Origin: Leucoraja ocellata
Taxonomy: Eukaryota
NCBI GenBank assembly: GCA_036785375.1
Contig: JAWMAR010000872.1
Coordinates: 124,001 to 188,000, forward strand
Length of the DNA: 64,000 nt
Direction: 5' to 3'
Positions within the stretch are counted from its first letter, which is position 1, and each line of letters begins with the position of its first letter. The notes beneath the pieces are model-generated. The model searched no databases, had not been told where the DNA came from, and was given only the letters and a program-made list of their open reading frames with translations. Of the stretch, positions 39,260 to 52,138 are shown piece after piece. Position numbers and translations under genes: made by a program.

Positions 39260-40040
39260 TGCATGATGCACCATACTACCCACCAACAATAAATGCTCGC
39301 AACTGGTCTCTGGGAAATGTGGATAACTTTCCATATCTCAGGATTCGTCTCTTGGCAAAGGTCACCACCACCTTCTAAGCGTTTTTTGATTGAAGGTCAA
39401 GACCTTCGGAATTGGCATAAAACTTATGATCTATTAGGCAGCAATTAAGCCCGCCCTCCTGAATGCTACTGAGACTTGTGCTATATAACATAGGCTAAGC
39501 TCCCGAAAAATTCCAGAATGCTATCTTGGTAAAATATTCCAATTCACTGCAAGGTTAAGTGAAGCAAAGTCATTGTTCATTCCCAGGCCAACATTCCCAG
39601 CCCTGAAACCTTAGTAACCCACAGTTGGCTACCTTGGACATGTTGTGCCATTTGCATGCTGACACTTGCCTCCTGAAACAACACTCTGTCATTCAAGGTG
39701 GTTACCAGGTGGTCAGATAAAATCAATGAAACAACGTGTACAAGCTTCCTTGAGGAAGTGCAACTCCTCTGCTAACTCCTGGGAACTTCTGATTCCAAGT
39801 GGAGAACAAGCATGTAGGAAGGAATTGAGACCTCAAGGTCCTGTATCAGGAGCCTACAGAGCTTCTGCATCAGAGGCCGCAGGAGACACTACCACGCAAA
39901 CTAATAGCCCACCTGCACCTACTGGCCCATCTATTGAAGCATCCGCAGTTCCATGTTTTTTTCATTTGTCATCTACGGAAGTACCAAACCAAAACAGAAT
40001 TAATTCATCTCAACCCTTTGGGACTGCCAAAGAGGAAGAT
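39260..40040 (+). mobile_element. Degraded RTE (BovB-like) LINE 3' portion
   Basis: LGNVDNFPYL (ORF 39163-39378), then KLMIY.AA..PALL...ET motifs. Confidence 0.6.
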
Positions 40041-43000
40041 AGTACAAATAGATATGTTAGTCTTTGCAAGACATTGAAAAGACTCCCAGAAGGGTGGAAA
40101 CCTGGCATTAATGGCAGTTTTCCTGATGTTCATGGGTTCTCCTGTGACTTTCTGCTGGGAGACATCTGAAAGCCCTGTGGAAAACTGGAGCCTATTTATT
40201 TACCTAATTAGATTGTAATTTAGTGCCTTTAATGTGCAAATTCTTGTGGCAGTGTCATTATTGTAGTGCAGGCAGTTAAAGCATTGTGATTAAATGGCAT
40301 TAAGCCTGGATTAACATTGTATTATTTTATATCTGCTTTTATCTGAATTTTGCAATTAAAAAAATGCTCGATTTGAAATTAACAAAGTAGCTAACTGGAT
40401 CATGGTTTAAGTCGAAAAAAATAGACACAGGGCTTGGAAATAGTTATTTTAATGCACAATTTACCATAAATTTGACAGATGCTCAATTTAGGAAGAAAGT
40501 AGGTGAGTGCAGAGGTGTGTAATTTGTGCGGTGTTGCTGATGAAGGTTGACGGTCTGTCCTTGAAGGTTTCTCCCTATTCTGATTAAGTGGCATGTTCCT
40601 GGTAGCGTGCCATCTTCCATATTTGTCATTGCCCTACAGGGATAAACTGAAATTTGCTAAATGATGCTGTGCTGTTTAAAATGAAAACCTTTCCAGTGCA
40701 TCCTTGCCTGGTGCAGCATCCTATGTCTCCTGATTTAGTCTTGTTCAGAAGGCTGCAGCATTAAGAGCTTAAGTGGTTTCTTCACTCGTGGTTTATTAAT
40801 AACATATTATCCGAGAAATTCAGGTTCCCCTGCTCCTCTGTTGAGATGGTGCAGTCTGCAGTAGGACTCCTGTAATGTAGTCCTACTTATCAACCCCATA
40901 CAGATGCTGAACTGTGATTAGTCTGCTGTATAATTGAAATCATTTTGGATTTGTGATTATAACATAACCAAGTAAGTAAGCAGAGCGGATGAATAAAAAT
41001 CTGAGGCTTTTTAGCTGGCATATAATGTTTGACTTGTTAGGATTTTTGCTTTTCTCAGAGGCTGTGGAGAAAATGGTGTGGACACTATTGGTGGGAGAGA
41101 GTGATGCATTATGTTTCTGACTGTATGTGTTGCTAGAAGGTAATTTAATTACAGAAATATTAATTTGGGGCTATCAAAAAGCACATCATATTTTATGAGC
41201 TGTTTCTTGCATGCTGCGTATTGGCTGGGAAAGTGAAAGATTTTCTATTAATTTCAGTGTGTTTCTGGTGCAATATTATCATGAATGATTTTGCCATCGT
41301 TTAATTATGTTTAACTCATTCAAAAAGCAATTGCCTTTTAAATAACCTCTGAAAGCGAACGCAAAAAGAGGAACCGTTATAATTGTAGATTCCTTATATT
41401 TCCTAGATTTAGTTATTCAGCCTGAAATATCCAGTGTTCACTTCTGTTACAAGTGACCCTGTCTGTTTATAGACAGAAAAACTGGAAGTGATGTATCTAT
41501 TTATATTTTTTAGATGGAATGATTTGATTCCTGGTTTAGCATCTTCAGCGAGTGAATTCTATGGGCAGTGGGAATTCTCCAGGCATTCAGGGAGGGTGGC
41601 AGGAAAGCTGTCAATTTGTAGTCTGCAGTAGTTCAGTTCATCGTCTGTCCTTGGACTCCTGCTTCAGTGGCAGCTAAGTGGTTCTGCACAAGTCTAACCA
41701 GTGGCTTCGTAGTGCTCTAGATTATTAGATGCTCTAATGTCTTCTGGAAACATGGAGTTATCAGACAGATATGTCTAATGTATTGCTTTTATCTAAAAGG
41801 TAAGCACCAAAGCGAATAAGGCATGTTTTATTGATGTTTCTATTATCAGTAGGCATTTGTTCCTGTATACGTTACTGTCACATTATGGGGGTGGGGGAGG
41901 GGAGGGAGACTGAAAACAAACACTGTGAGGCAAGACTTTGCATTCCTTTTTCCTATACCTGCTTTTAATCTTTAAGTATTATTCCATGGCTTATGCCTCT
42001 TAACATTCAAATGTTGTTTTTTTTGGCATCCTCTCATGTTTGTAACTGCAGTATATGAATTGCCACCTGCAGGGATGAACTGTACGCTTGCCCTGCAGTA
42101 TAAGCAGTAGCATATTTCTGCATGATGGTATAGAGACAGCTAGTCCAGAACTGTATCATGCATCTGATTTTATGTTTTGCACCATGTATCAAATTTTACT
42201 TTGCATTAAATGAAAACTTGATTTAAAAGTGATTTAAAAAAAAAACCTGTCCTCTACTATTTCTAACAGGCTAATATTTTATTAATGACATGTATCCTGT
42301 GCACTTTTACTCATGTGAAAAAACAATTGTTTTAATTCCATTGTGGGGAAGTTTGAGTGCTTTTCCTTGTTTCATGTGATATTTTCCTCTGCTGAGCCCT
42401 CTTATGCAGCATGCATTTATTTGGTGTATGTCGACCATGGGAGATTCTGGGCAGCATTCCATGTAACTAACCTTGTCAACTTTAATGTTGATTATTAAAT
42501 GCCATACTTTACGGTAGTGCATCGAGCATAAACAGATCCATAATGGCTCGATAAGAGGAATCTTCTTTTCTTGCGGCTGAGTTTACAGTGACAGGCACCT
42601 GCTATTTCGACAATTTATTTTTCTGTCGGGTATTATCATCAATTGATAAAATTGTATTATTATTTTAGTATTTTGATTAACCTTTTGGTAAGACCATAAT
42701 CATGTTTTTAAATTTTACCCCGTGGAATTTTGTGTTTCGAAAACCATTCTATATTCTTGTTCCCTAAATTTTTCGTCAATATGCACAGACTTTTGCCAAT
42801 AGTATATACCATCTTCTGTCAGAGGATGAGCAGGTAACCTGGCTCTATAACTCTGTCAGTGCCATTCATGAATAGGCCACTAGGAGATGCACAAGAGTGG
42901 CATGGCTTGTCTCACTTTCCATTTTCCCCCCAACCTCCTGTGGGAAAAGGTTTCACAGCATCTTCCAAATGGTGTTCCATTTTAAACCAAATTTACTGAG

Positions 43001-45844
43001 GCCAGTATTAACTCATTGAGCACCAGATATCCCGTGTAATTATTCCATCAAATACAATGGAGGATTGTATGCAACACCAAATACTGGGTGTTCTAAAAGC
43101 ATTTCCTGGGTGAACATTAATGTTTATGTTTATTTTCTAAATGTCCATTTATTGATCAATGAACATTTCATGCCTAAGAACTTCACACTGTGAATATGAA
43201 CACAATCAATAGGGAATGATCAAGAATTAATCTCCATGTCATTCGAATATTCCTCTTGGCCTCAAGTCCTGTCAGATCTGCGATAGATATTTGATGTTGG
43301 TCAGACATTGTGGCGCATTGTGATTTATAACATGTCAGATCTTAAGTACATATTCTGCATTTAGTTTCTTTCCTTTTTTTTATCATGCATGCCTGAAAAG
43401 CCTCATCAGTGCTTGATGATCCTCATGGCTTAGCTGAGATTGCAAGCTTGGCGATAGAGACTCACTGACCCATAACCATATCCTAATGCTGTGTGGCCCG
43501 CAGCTGATCAATATCATCACTTCCCACCTTCTATTGAAAGTTATTTCGAAAGAAAATGCATTTGCCCATTGAAAAAATGCACATGGAGAGGCATTGCCAA
43601 CCTCACACAGTCCTTAGCATTGGAAAATTAAATATACTTCTTAAAAATGCAGCATTGCAGAAGTTGAAAAGAATCATAATTTCAAATATTTGTACCGTTT
43701 TGATGCTAAATGTACCATCGGAAAACTGTGATGGGAATCACAACGGCCAGGATAGAGCTCCAAATACAGTGTCTTATTTGAAAGGAGTTATTACCATTCT
43801 GTGGATGAAGGCTATTAAGACGAGTAATGTTCCAGTTTGTCGTTTTGGACATGTGAAATCAAGTGGATGATAATAAATCTAAATAGCCTTTGAGCCTCTA
43901 ATCGATGGTGCCCAGAAATATGCTAATCCTGACCAAAGTTCAGGTGATATTTGAAAGGAAGAGAAGGCAAACATGACATATAACTTGAATGTATATTTTT
44001 CCATAAATGAAGATGTTTAAAAGATTCAATTTTCGAACTTCCACAATTATTTTGATGTTCTTTCTCATTGTCAGCTAATTTGTTCTTTCCTGAATGTTAT
44101 AGTTTGAGTTGATAAAGAACATCGATGATACAGTCCTCTGTTAATCTGATCAGGAGCAGTGATACATGGTAAAGTACTGGAGAGCTATTTTATCATGACC
44201 TGGAATTTAATCTGGGCGGGTTAAAGGAGCTGTTTCTGAGCCGGTTCCTATTTCTGTATCCCAATGAAATTGTGGCAATTTCTGTGAAAAGATTTTGTCA
44301 TGGTTGGTTCAGATCTTACAATCTACTGCATGATGATGCAATCAGGCTGCATGTTATGACTCTCGAAAGGACGCTGGGGGTGAAAATATAGCGTAATAAC
44401 AGTTTATTGAGATGTGGATCTGCCTAAAAATTTTATTCAAATGATACGCTTATTTCAGCATTCATGTATGTTGATTAAAAAAGTATATGTTTTATGACAT
44501 CGATATATATTGTGCTCTGGACACAGTGTTGATGCAAACAACTGAGAGAGGTGCTTTTGTAGATGCCATATTATAGTACTAAACCAACTTTATTTTACGA
44601 TCCATTATGAGAATACCTACACAAAAGACAATCAGGTGTATTTTCCAACATGTATCATTTATGAAATAATCTGCATGATTTAGCAGGAATGCAGACTCTA
44701 ATTCCATTTGAACAGGTCTAAATTTGGAAAACCGAGTGGTTTTGCATGCAGCCGTGGCCTTTTTGCAAGCCCATTGACAGTCTGCAATTAAATGAAAACC
44801 GTTCGTAGCTTCTCCATTAGTACAGAACACAGAATATAACGAATCTATTTATAACGCAATGCTTTATAGCACCTAACGGCAAAATTACAAAGAGAACTAA
44901 TGTATTTTAATTCTGATTTCAAATATCAGACTTCTAGAAATGCCCATTACATCAAATGCTTGATTGGAAAGTGCAACCAGGCATACAATGTGCATTTAGG
45001 CATTCCACGTGACAGGCATCACTGACAAATCTGCAGGCAAACATACCTGCGCTTAACATTTTGAACCTTATGTGAGCAGATTTTTATTATTTAAAAAACA
45101 AACCAATTGAAACTTAAACAAAAGAAGTCTTGACGATGTGTAACGATAAACAGAGATCAGGGTTGGGATGCCAAAAGAGAGGTATAGTGTGAGTGTGGTC
45201 AGATGAGCTGAGCTACTCAATGTAACCAATGTGAGCAACTAACTTAATCCCAAATATAGCTGCCAAAATAACATTGAGTTTATTGTGCACATTTTTATTT
45301 GGTTATGCTTCAACGTGTGACAAGGAAGAGATACTTGTGGATTCCAAATTTGCACATCTTGTGGGTTGATTTACACATTTGTTGTTAACTTTGTGAAAAT
45401 GGCAGCCTGCCCTCTATCAAGTTCCTGAATTGGTGCTTTACTTGCCAATTAAGCTCTCTGCAGGCAGTTGGGGCTGCGACTTAACAACATAATAACCACT
45501 TTGATGATAGATTCATATTCCTCCGATATAGCCTAGTCTCGAAAGTGAATAGCAGAAACCATGTCATCTAATTTTGACGTGTAAATTCTTGCAGATTTGT
45601 AAAGTTTATTTATTTTTCTTATTTTATAGTCTTCTTTGCTTAATCTGATCTTTCTTGCTCTGTCTGGTTCTTCTTTTGCACCTGATTGGACCTTCTTTTC
45701 ACTCTTTTTGTGATCCTGAGTTTTTTGTCCTGGTCCTTCAATATCATTAAAAAAATATATATATATACGACTGATTCTGTCTTTCAACCACGTTCCAGAT
45801 GCCTGTTTCTTTTGCTATGGTAAAATCAGGTTGCAACTGCAGCA

Positions 45845-46850
45845 GCAACAACTTGAACTTGTATAGCATCTGTCACATACCGAAACTTCCCAGGGCACTT
45901 CACAGATGAGTAATCAAACAAAAATTGATAGCAAGCAATGTGAGGAGATGCCAGAATAGATGACAGAAAAATGTAAGAATGAAACAAAACACATGAAACG
46001 CTGGAATAACCTCTTTAGTCAGAGGGTAGTAAATCTTTGGAATTCATTGCCACAGAAGGCCAAGTCAATGGATATTTTTAAGGCGGAGATTGACAGATTC
46101 TTGATTAGTATGGGTGACAGGGGTTATGGGGAGAAGGCAGGAGAATGGAGATGAGAGGGAAAGGTAGATCAGCCCTGATTGAATGGCAGAGTAGCCATGA
46201 TGGGCTGAATGGCCTAATTCCTCTCCTATAACTTATTAGCTTATGAACGGGTCAGGCTATATCTCTGAAAGATGTGGATCAGCAATGTTTCAGGTTGGGA
46301 CCCTTATTCAGCAGGGTCCCGAACCATGGCATTAACTATCCATGTCTTCCAGAGGTGTCGCCCAACCCGCTGAGTTATTTTTGGGGGGAAAACTAACATC
46401 AGCAGGTCCTCATGTCTCCTGAAAATTTAAGAAGCTGCTTCAAGCCCAATGGCAGAAAGCTTTGGGGAGAGAATTCCAGAATTTCTTGCAGAAGCTGAAG
46501 GCACAACTGCGAAGGATTGGGTGAATGGACTGTTGGATTCTGCAGTGTTCAGAATTGGAGATCCACAGGGAAGCTAGGAGGATAGGAGAACTGAAGTGGT
46601 TTAGGGTGAAAGAAGAGGTGATTCTGAGATGTGCTTTGGAAAGAACCGTTTTAATCAAGGCAATGCTTAAGTTAGAAAGCAGAGGAATAATAGGTAAATG
46701 GAACAGCGCACGTAATGGTAAGGATGTGGGAGTTTGGAATTGGCACAAGTTTATAGATCACAGCGAACTGGAGCACGTTGGGATGGTCATCTGGACGTGT
46801 AAATAGGATGGGTGCAGGTTTCAGCAGCAGTTGGACTGAGGCAAAGCTGA
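45845..46850 (-). mobile_element. Old L2-like 3' end carrying nested CR1 (46005-46246, +) and a degenerate PLE fold-back (46247-46420)
   Basis: caacaacttgaacttgtatagc tail; FWNSLPK in ORF 46440-46748; NLFSQRVVNLWNSLPQKA in the nested CR1. Confidence 0.55.
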
Positions 46851-47025
46851 AATCAGGTGAGGTGAAAACAATCTTCCTATGAGTTCACAGGATGCATGGT
46901 CAGATAATGTCAAATAAGCTACAGACAGTCCTTTATGGCCTCAGACATTTGCTAGGATGTGGGGGAGAGGTAGGGAGTGGAGTTCGCAGCATATCGAGCT
47001 GATAAAAGCGTTAGTCTTAACAATA

Positions 47026-47139
47026 AGAAAGTAGACACAAAATGCAGGAGTAACTCAGCGGGACAGGCAGCATCTCTGGAGAGAAGGAATTGGTAACGTT
47101 TCGGGTCGAGACCCTTCTTCAGACTGACAACATTTTGCC
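47026..47139 (-). mobile_element. 114-bp PLE-derived insertion with intact hammerhead core
   Basis: Perfect 13-bp TSD agtcttaacaata (47013-47025 / 47140-47152). Confidence 0.85.
47093..47126 (-). ncRNA. Minimal type I hammerhead ribozyme motif
   Basis: Minus strand cagt-CTGAAGA-A-GGGTC-tc-GACCC-GAAAC-GTT-ac; palindromic AACGTT helix III. Confidence 0.65.
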
Positions 47140-49573
47140 AGTCTTAACAATATTTAGTTGAAGGAAATTTCTTCTCCAATATTAGATGTCAGAAGCACAG
47201 AGAGTTTAGACTCATGCACGGCAATGTTCGTTCCAATGGAAGCTGAAAGAAAAAAGAGTAATTTGAGTAATTAGTGTGCAATAATGTGAGATTTCAGCAA
47301 AATCTAGGACAGTATTTGGAAACAAGCTGCAATATCTCTTTGCTGGCTTCCTCTATGACAATTGAAACAACAAAAATAGATGATTCTGCTACTGTCCTAC
47401 ATAGGTTTTCCATTTTAAAATTGTGACTATACAGAAAGCTTAAGGCACCCATTTCCTCGTATCTTTAGCTTGGCCTCATTTCTCCTGCAATGCATGGTTC
47501 ATTTTCAATCTCACAGACCTTATTACCATGTCAGTCCCTCTTCTCAAAATGGTTGACTGCTAAGGTTAGTGGATCACCTAGATAAAGGTGTTCTGTGCTA
47601 AATATATCGATGCATTTATTTTAAGTGTCAAATGCTCTGCAGGGAATGAGAACACCAAGTAGAGAGACTGCAAGTGTGCCTGAATATAACAGAGTTATGG
47701 GCCTGCCATGTATATTCTTTTAACAGCTCATTAAGTAGAATTGTTTCCATGGAATGAGGAATCTTTTTCTTTAGAACCTATATATTGTTAATATTTTGTT
47801 ATTTACCAATTATTAACCAAATTTCTGGGAATAGGTCCTAAATTACAATAAAAATGAAGCCCGTCAACAGAATGGAAAGTAATATACGAATTAAATAGTA
47901 GAAATAATTTTCCTCAGAAATATCATCCCATAGAATAAAGGAATTGCTCACTGGATGCAAGTCTGCTGAGCGATATTTAGCTTTAAAAAATGAAGTGAAT
48001 TGCTCATCTGCGGGATTCACGAACCAAATTATTTTGGAGGATTTCATGAACTAACCTGCGTAATTCATTAATTGGAAGTATCAATTTGCAGTGGTTTTGT
48101 GGAGTAGCGTTTGAGGGAAAAAAAACCTTCAACGTGTTTTGGTAATAAGGTTGAAATATAGTCGAGTTCAAGCCCACAGTAAATATAAATGCAAGGGTCA
48201 CAGCAGTATGGCAGCTAACAAGTTGTTTTGCAATGCAAGTGAGATTTGCAGAAGGTGTCACTACAAAAATTTATTGTCAACAGCTTGTCTGTGCAAAAGC
48301 TGGGCCGGTAATAGAATGCAGCGTGGGTGGTTGGTTGGTGAGCTATTGCTTGAACAGTTATATCAACAGCAGTTTTCATTACTGTAAAAGGCTTTTATAA
48401 TCAGACACTTTACAATATCCTAAATTCCATATTCCATTGGATATAATTGAAGTGCTTAAAATGTGACGTAAAAGCATTAGAAAAAGGAATATTTCGCTTA
48501 AACTATTTATGATTCAGGAATTGGCAGCGTGCAAAAAGCAATCAGCTCGTTCAAAATTTCATTTTGACTTGCCAGAAAAAAATAATTGCGATAAAATCAT
48601 ATGCAAATCCAGTCTAACATTCATGGAATTAAATAAGCAGTGGCCAAAGTCAGCAAAAATCTGTTTGGTATTTAGTTTTGCATTTCATTTATTTTACATA
48701 GGCTTTCTGATGGAAATGTGTTTCTTTCTGTCACAGTAATTGTGTAAGTAGAATTAATTAATGTTTCTTTTTACTGACAGATGGACAAATTAAGAATTGA
48801 TCAATCTAGGAATGTTTACCATTTATTGATTTGTCCTTGTTATGAATGCATTGTCCAAAATATTGTTGACTGCCTTGAGCAGTGAGAAGAAATCTAGCTT
48901 GTATGTAGGCCAGATAATTATATTTTCCTGAGTAATATTAATTAAATGCTCTTCAATTAATCAATGTGGATCATACACTGCGTTCCCTCAGCATTCAAGT
49001 TTGCCTCTTTGCTTACTTCTCTGCCTACTTCACCAAGTATTATAATACGGGCATTAAAATTTGCAGTATGCCAAGTATACTGCCAAGAATGATAATTCTA
49101 TATAATTAGTTAGAGGCATAGCATTCCTTGACTTTTCTGCCATTCAGGGATTCAGAATACAGATTGACTGCATGCAAGTAAGCTATGATGCAATGTGAAA
49201 GTTTAAGATGGAGTTTTACTGTGATGGGGACACCAAGGACTTTGTGTGGATTTACAAATGACCCAAAGTGACCATTGGGTTTCATATTCATGGAATCACG
49301 AGATGAAACTGTTCTGCGTTTCAGGAGTTTAAAAAAATGTTCTCCAATTAGTCCCATTTCCTTCATCCTTTTCTCATTGTTTGTATTTATTTTTTGCCTC
49401 AAAGTATTTATCTGATTCCTTTTCCAAAGCTTCGATTGAATTTGAATCTGTTTCTGACATCCTCCTGCATAAAACCTTGCTGTGGTCAATAATTGAAGAA
49501 ATAACCAACAGACAACTTTGCAGCTCAAAATTGTCAGAGTCAAGCAGCAAATGCAGGACCTTTCACAAAGTCT

Positions 49574-49605
49574 GAATGAATGAATGATTGAATGAATGAA
49601 TGAAT
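49574..49605 (+). repeat. (TGAA)n microsatellite
   Basis: Direct reading. Confidence 0.85.
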
Positions 49606-49609
49606 CGAA

Positions 49610-50040
49610 GTTAGGTCTTTATTCTCTGGAACGCAGAAGGTTAAGGGGAGACTTGATAGAGGTCTTTAAAATGATGAGAGGGATAGACAGAGTTGATGTG
49701 GACAAGCTTTTCCCTTTGAGAATAGGGAAGATTCAAACAAGAGGACATGACTTCTGAATTAAGGGACAGAAGTTTAGGGGTAATATGAGGGGGAACTTCT
49801 TTACTCAGAGAGTGGTAGCGGTGTGGAATGAGCTTCCAGTGGAAGTGGTGGAGGCAGGTTCATTGGTATCATTTAAAAATAAATTGGATAGGCATATGGA
49901 TGAGAAGGGAATGGAGGGTTATGGTACGAGTGCAGGGAGGTGGGACTAAGGGGAAAAAAAGTTGTTCGGCACGGACTTGTAGGGCCGAGATGGCCTGTTT
50001 CCGTGCTGTAATTGTTATATGGTTATATTGTTATATTGTT
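49610..50040 (+). mobile_element. CR1 3' fragment, young
   Basis: LGLYSLERRRLRGDLIEVFKMMRGIDRVD...FFTQRVVAVWNELP; (GTTATATT)n tail. Confidence 0.9.
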
Positions 50041-50764
50041 AATGATGAATGATGAAGAAATTGTCAAAATTTATTTATATTGACAAGAGAGAGCTAGATA
50101 GGGCTCTTAAAAATGATCACATTGAAATGCCAAATGGCCTACTCCTGCACCTATTGTCTATTGTCTATTACAAATAGAATGCTGTTATTTCAGAAATGGA
50201 AATCTGGAATAATAATTTATCTGTTCCGTGATGTATCTAAAGACGTTACTGGATATTGGTGACCTACTTAGAACTTCATTAATTCTGATTATATCACCAA
50301 GGACATTCAGTAGAATTAGAAGATAATCAGTCTTTTTGGATTTAATTATAACAACCTTCAACCTCTCATTCTCCATTCATTGAAGTAATTCTCCAAAACT
50401 ATACTAAATTAGACATTAAGATTACATTTAGTAAAGTGCATGAATCCATAAATTTACTCTGAACATGGATATTTCAAGGGAGAAAAAGGCACCAGAACTC
50501 CAAAAATAGATTATTTCATTTTGGTTAAAAAGGATTAAAGGTTGTGCAAAGAAGCACAAAATGTAATTGCACAGCAGTAGTTAGACAATATCAGATACAA
50601 GTTTGATTAGGGTCATTACACATTCTTATAAAATGTAGTTTTGTGAGGACTTATTTTTTTATTATTGCTTACTCTAATTAAAAGGTTCTAATGACTATTT
50701 TCACAGCAGAGATTATTCCATTGGGCAGTGCAAAAAAACAGTACATTCTTGATCTTTGAATCTT

Positions 50765-51282
50765 ACCATAGAGGGAGTACAGAGAAGGTTCACCAGACTG
50801 ATTCCTGGGATGTCAGGACTTTAATATGAAGAAAGACTGGATAGACTCGGCTTGTACTCGCTAGAATTTAGAAGATTGAGTGGGGATCTTATAGAAATGT
50901 ACAAAATTCTTAAGGGGTTGGACAGGCTAGATGCAGGAAGATTGTTCCCGATGTTGGGGAAGTCCAGAACAAGGGGTCACACTTTAAAGATAAGGGGGAA
51001 ATCTTTTAGGACCGAGATGAGAAAATCATTTTTCACACAGAAAGTGGTGAATCTCTGGAATTCTCTGCCACAGAAGGTAGTTGAGGCCAGTTCATTGGCT
51101 ATATTTAAGAGGGAGTTAGATGTGGCCCTTGTGGCTAAAGGGATCAGGGGGTATGGAGAGAAGGCAGGTACAGGATACTGAGTTGGATGATCAGCCATGA
51201 TCATATTGAATGGCGGTGCAGGCTCGAAGGGCCGAATGGCCTACTCCTGCACCTATTTTCTATGTTTCTATGTTTCTATGTT
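50765..51282 (+). mobile_element. CR1 3' fragment, young, ORF2 C-terminus open
   Basis: ORF 50852-51181 reads YSLEFRRLSGDLIEMYKILKGLDRLDAGRLFP..TRGH.LKI..FFTQKVVNLWNSLPQ; (TATGTTTC)n tail. Confidence 0.92.
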
Positions 51283-51977
51283 TAAAGAAGCAGCCAGCAC
51301 TAGAGAGCCAATTAATTTTACTGATATTCATGATATATCTTCCTACTGTTCATGCATGTAGACTAAAGTTATATAACACCAAACTTTACTGCATGGCATC
51401 TTTGCATTGCATTCCTGTATATTTGGAAAGGATCGTAGAGTTGTATCTGTCAATTAGTAAATTAGTGTAATCTAATTTAAAAATATTTCCAGGCCTATGA
51501 TGTTCTCAGCTCAGCCTCCAAAAAATGTAAAAGTTTAGTTTGAAATCAATTTTTACTGGCAGTCATTAAATATTTATTTTAAATAATTCAAAATCCCATT
51601 CCTTCCTTTGCTTCATTGATGTAGTGGTAAAGCTTGGACTGCATGGCATTGACATTCATTACGGAAGGCAATGACTTCTCCCCAACCCTTCTGTCCAAAT
51701 CTGGAAATGTCACCTTTAGGAATCAGTGGCTCGTAAACTGAGTAAAACATAAATCATCTTAGCATCTACCCCGTGGGATTTTCCATTTACTGCCAAACTT
51801 TTTTTTATTCTTGGTTTTATCCTTTGTCGTCTCCTTCCTTCACCCTTTATATGGCCAAACATTTTACTGCAGCCAAGGAGCATTCTCCAAGAAGGAAGAT
51901 CTGCAGGGTTTTATCAGACAATACATCTCTCTAAATTAATAGTATTGCAGGTAATTGGTGGAACATGAATACAAACG

Positions 51978-52138
51978 ATGACACAAGGTGCTGAATTAAC
52001 TTGTCCGGTCAGGCAGCTTCGCTGGAGAAAATGGATGAGCGTCAGTTCCCTACCTATCCATGTTCTCCTGAAATGCTGCGTGACCCACTGTGTGATTTTT
52101 TTTTTGGTAAACCAGCATCTGCAGTTCTTTGTTTCTAA
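51978..52138. mobile_element. Degenerate fold-back PLE-derived mini-element
   Basis: ggtcaggcagc..ggagaaaatggat / atccatgttctcc..gctgcgtgacc, followed by aaaccagcatctgcagttc. Confidence 0.55.

Noticed and set aside
39666-40169. 167-aa ORF
   Set aside because: It lies in a decayed RTE LINE and reads out into the flank; no recognisable domain.
45533-45787. Lys/Glu-rich 84-aa ORF
   Set aside because: It arises from purine-rich low complexity; no convincing splice-site pair and no recognised homology.
50852-51181. 109-aa ORF (and 21607-21840) as a host gene
   Set aside because: CR1 ORF2 C-terminal remnants.
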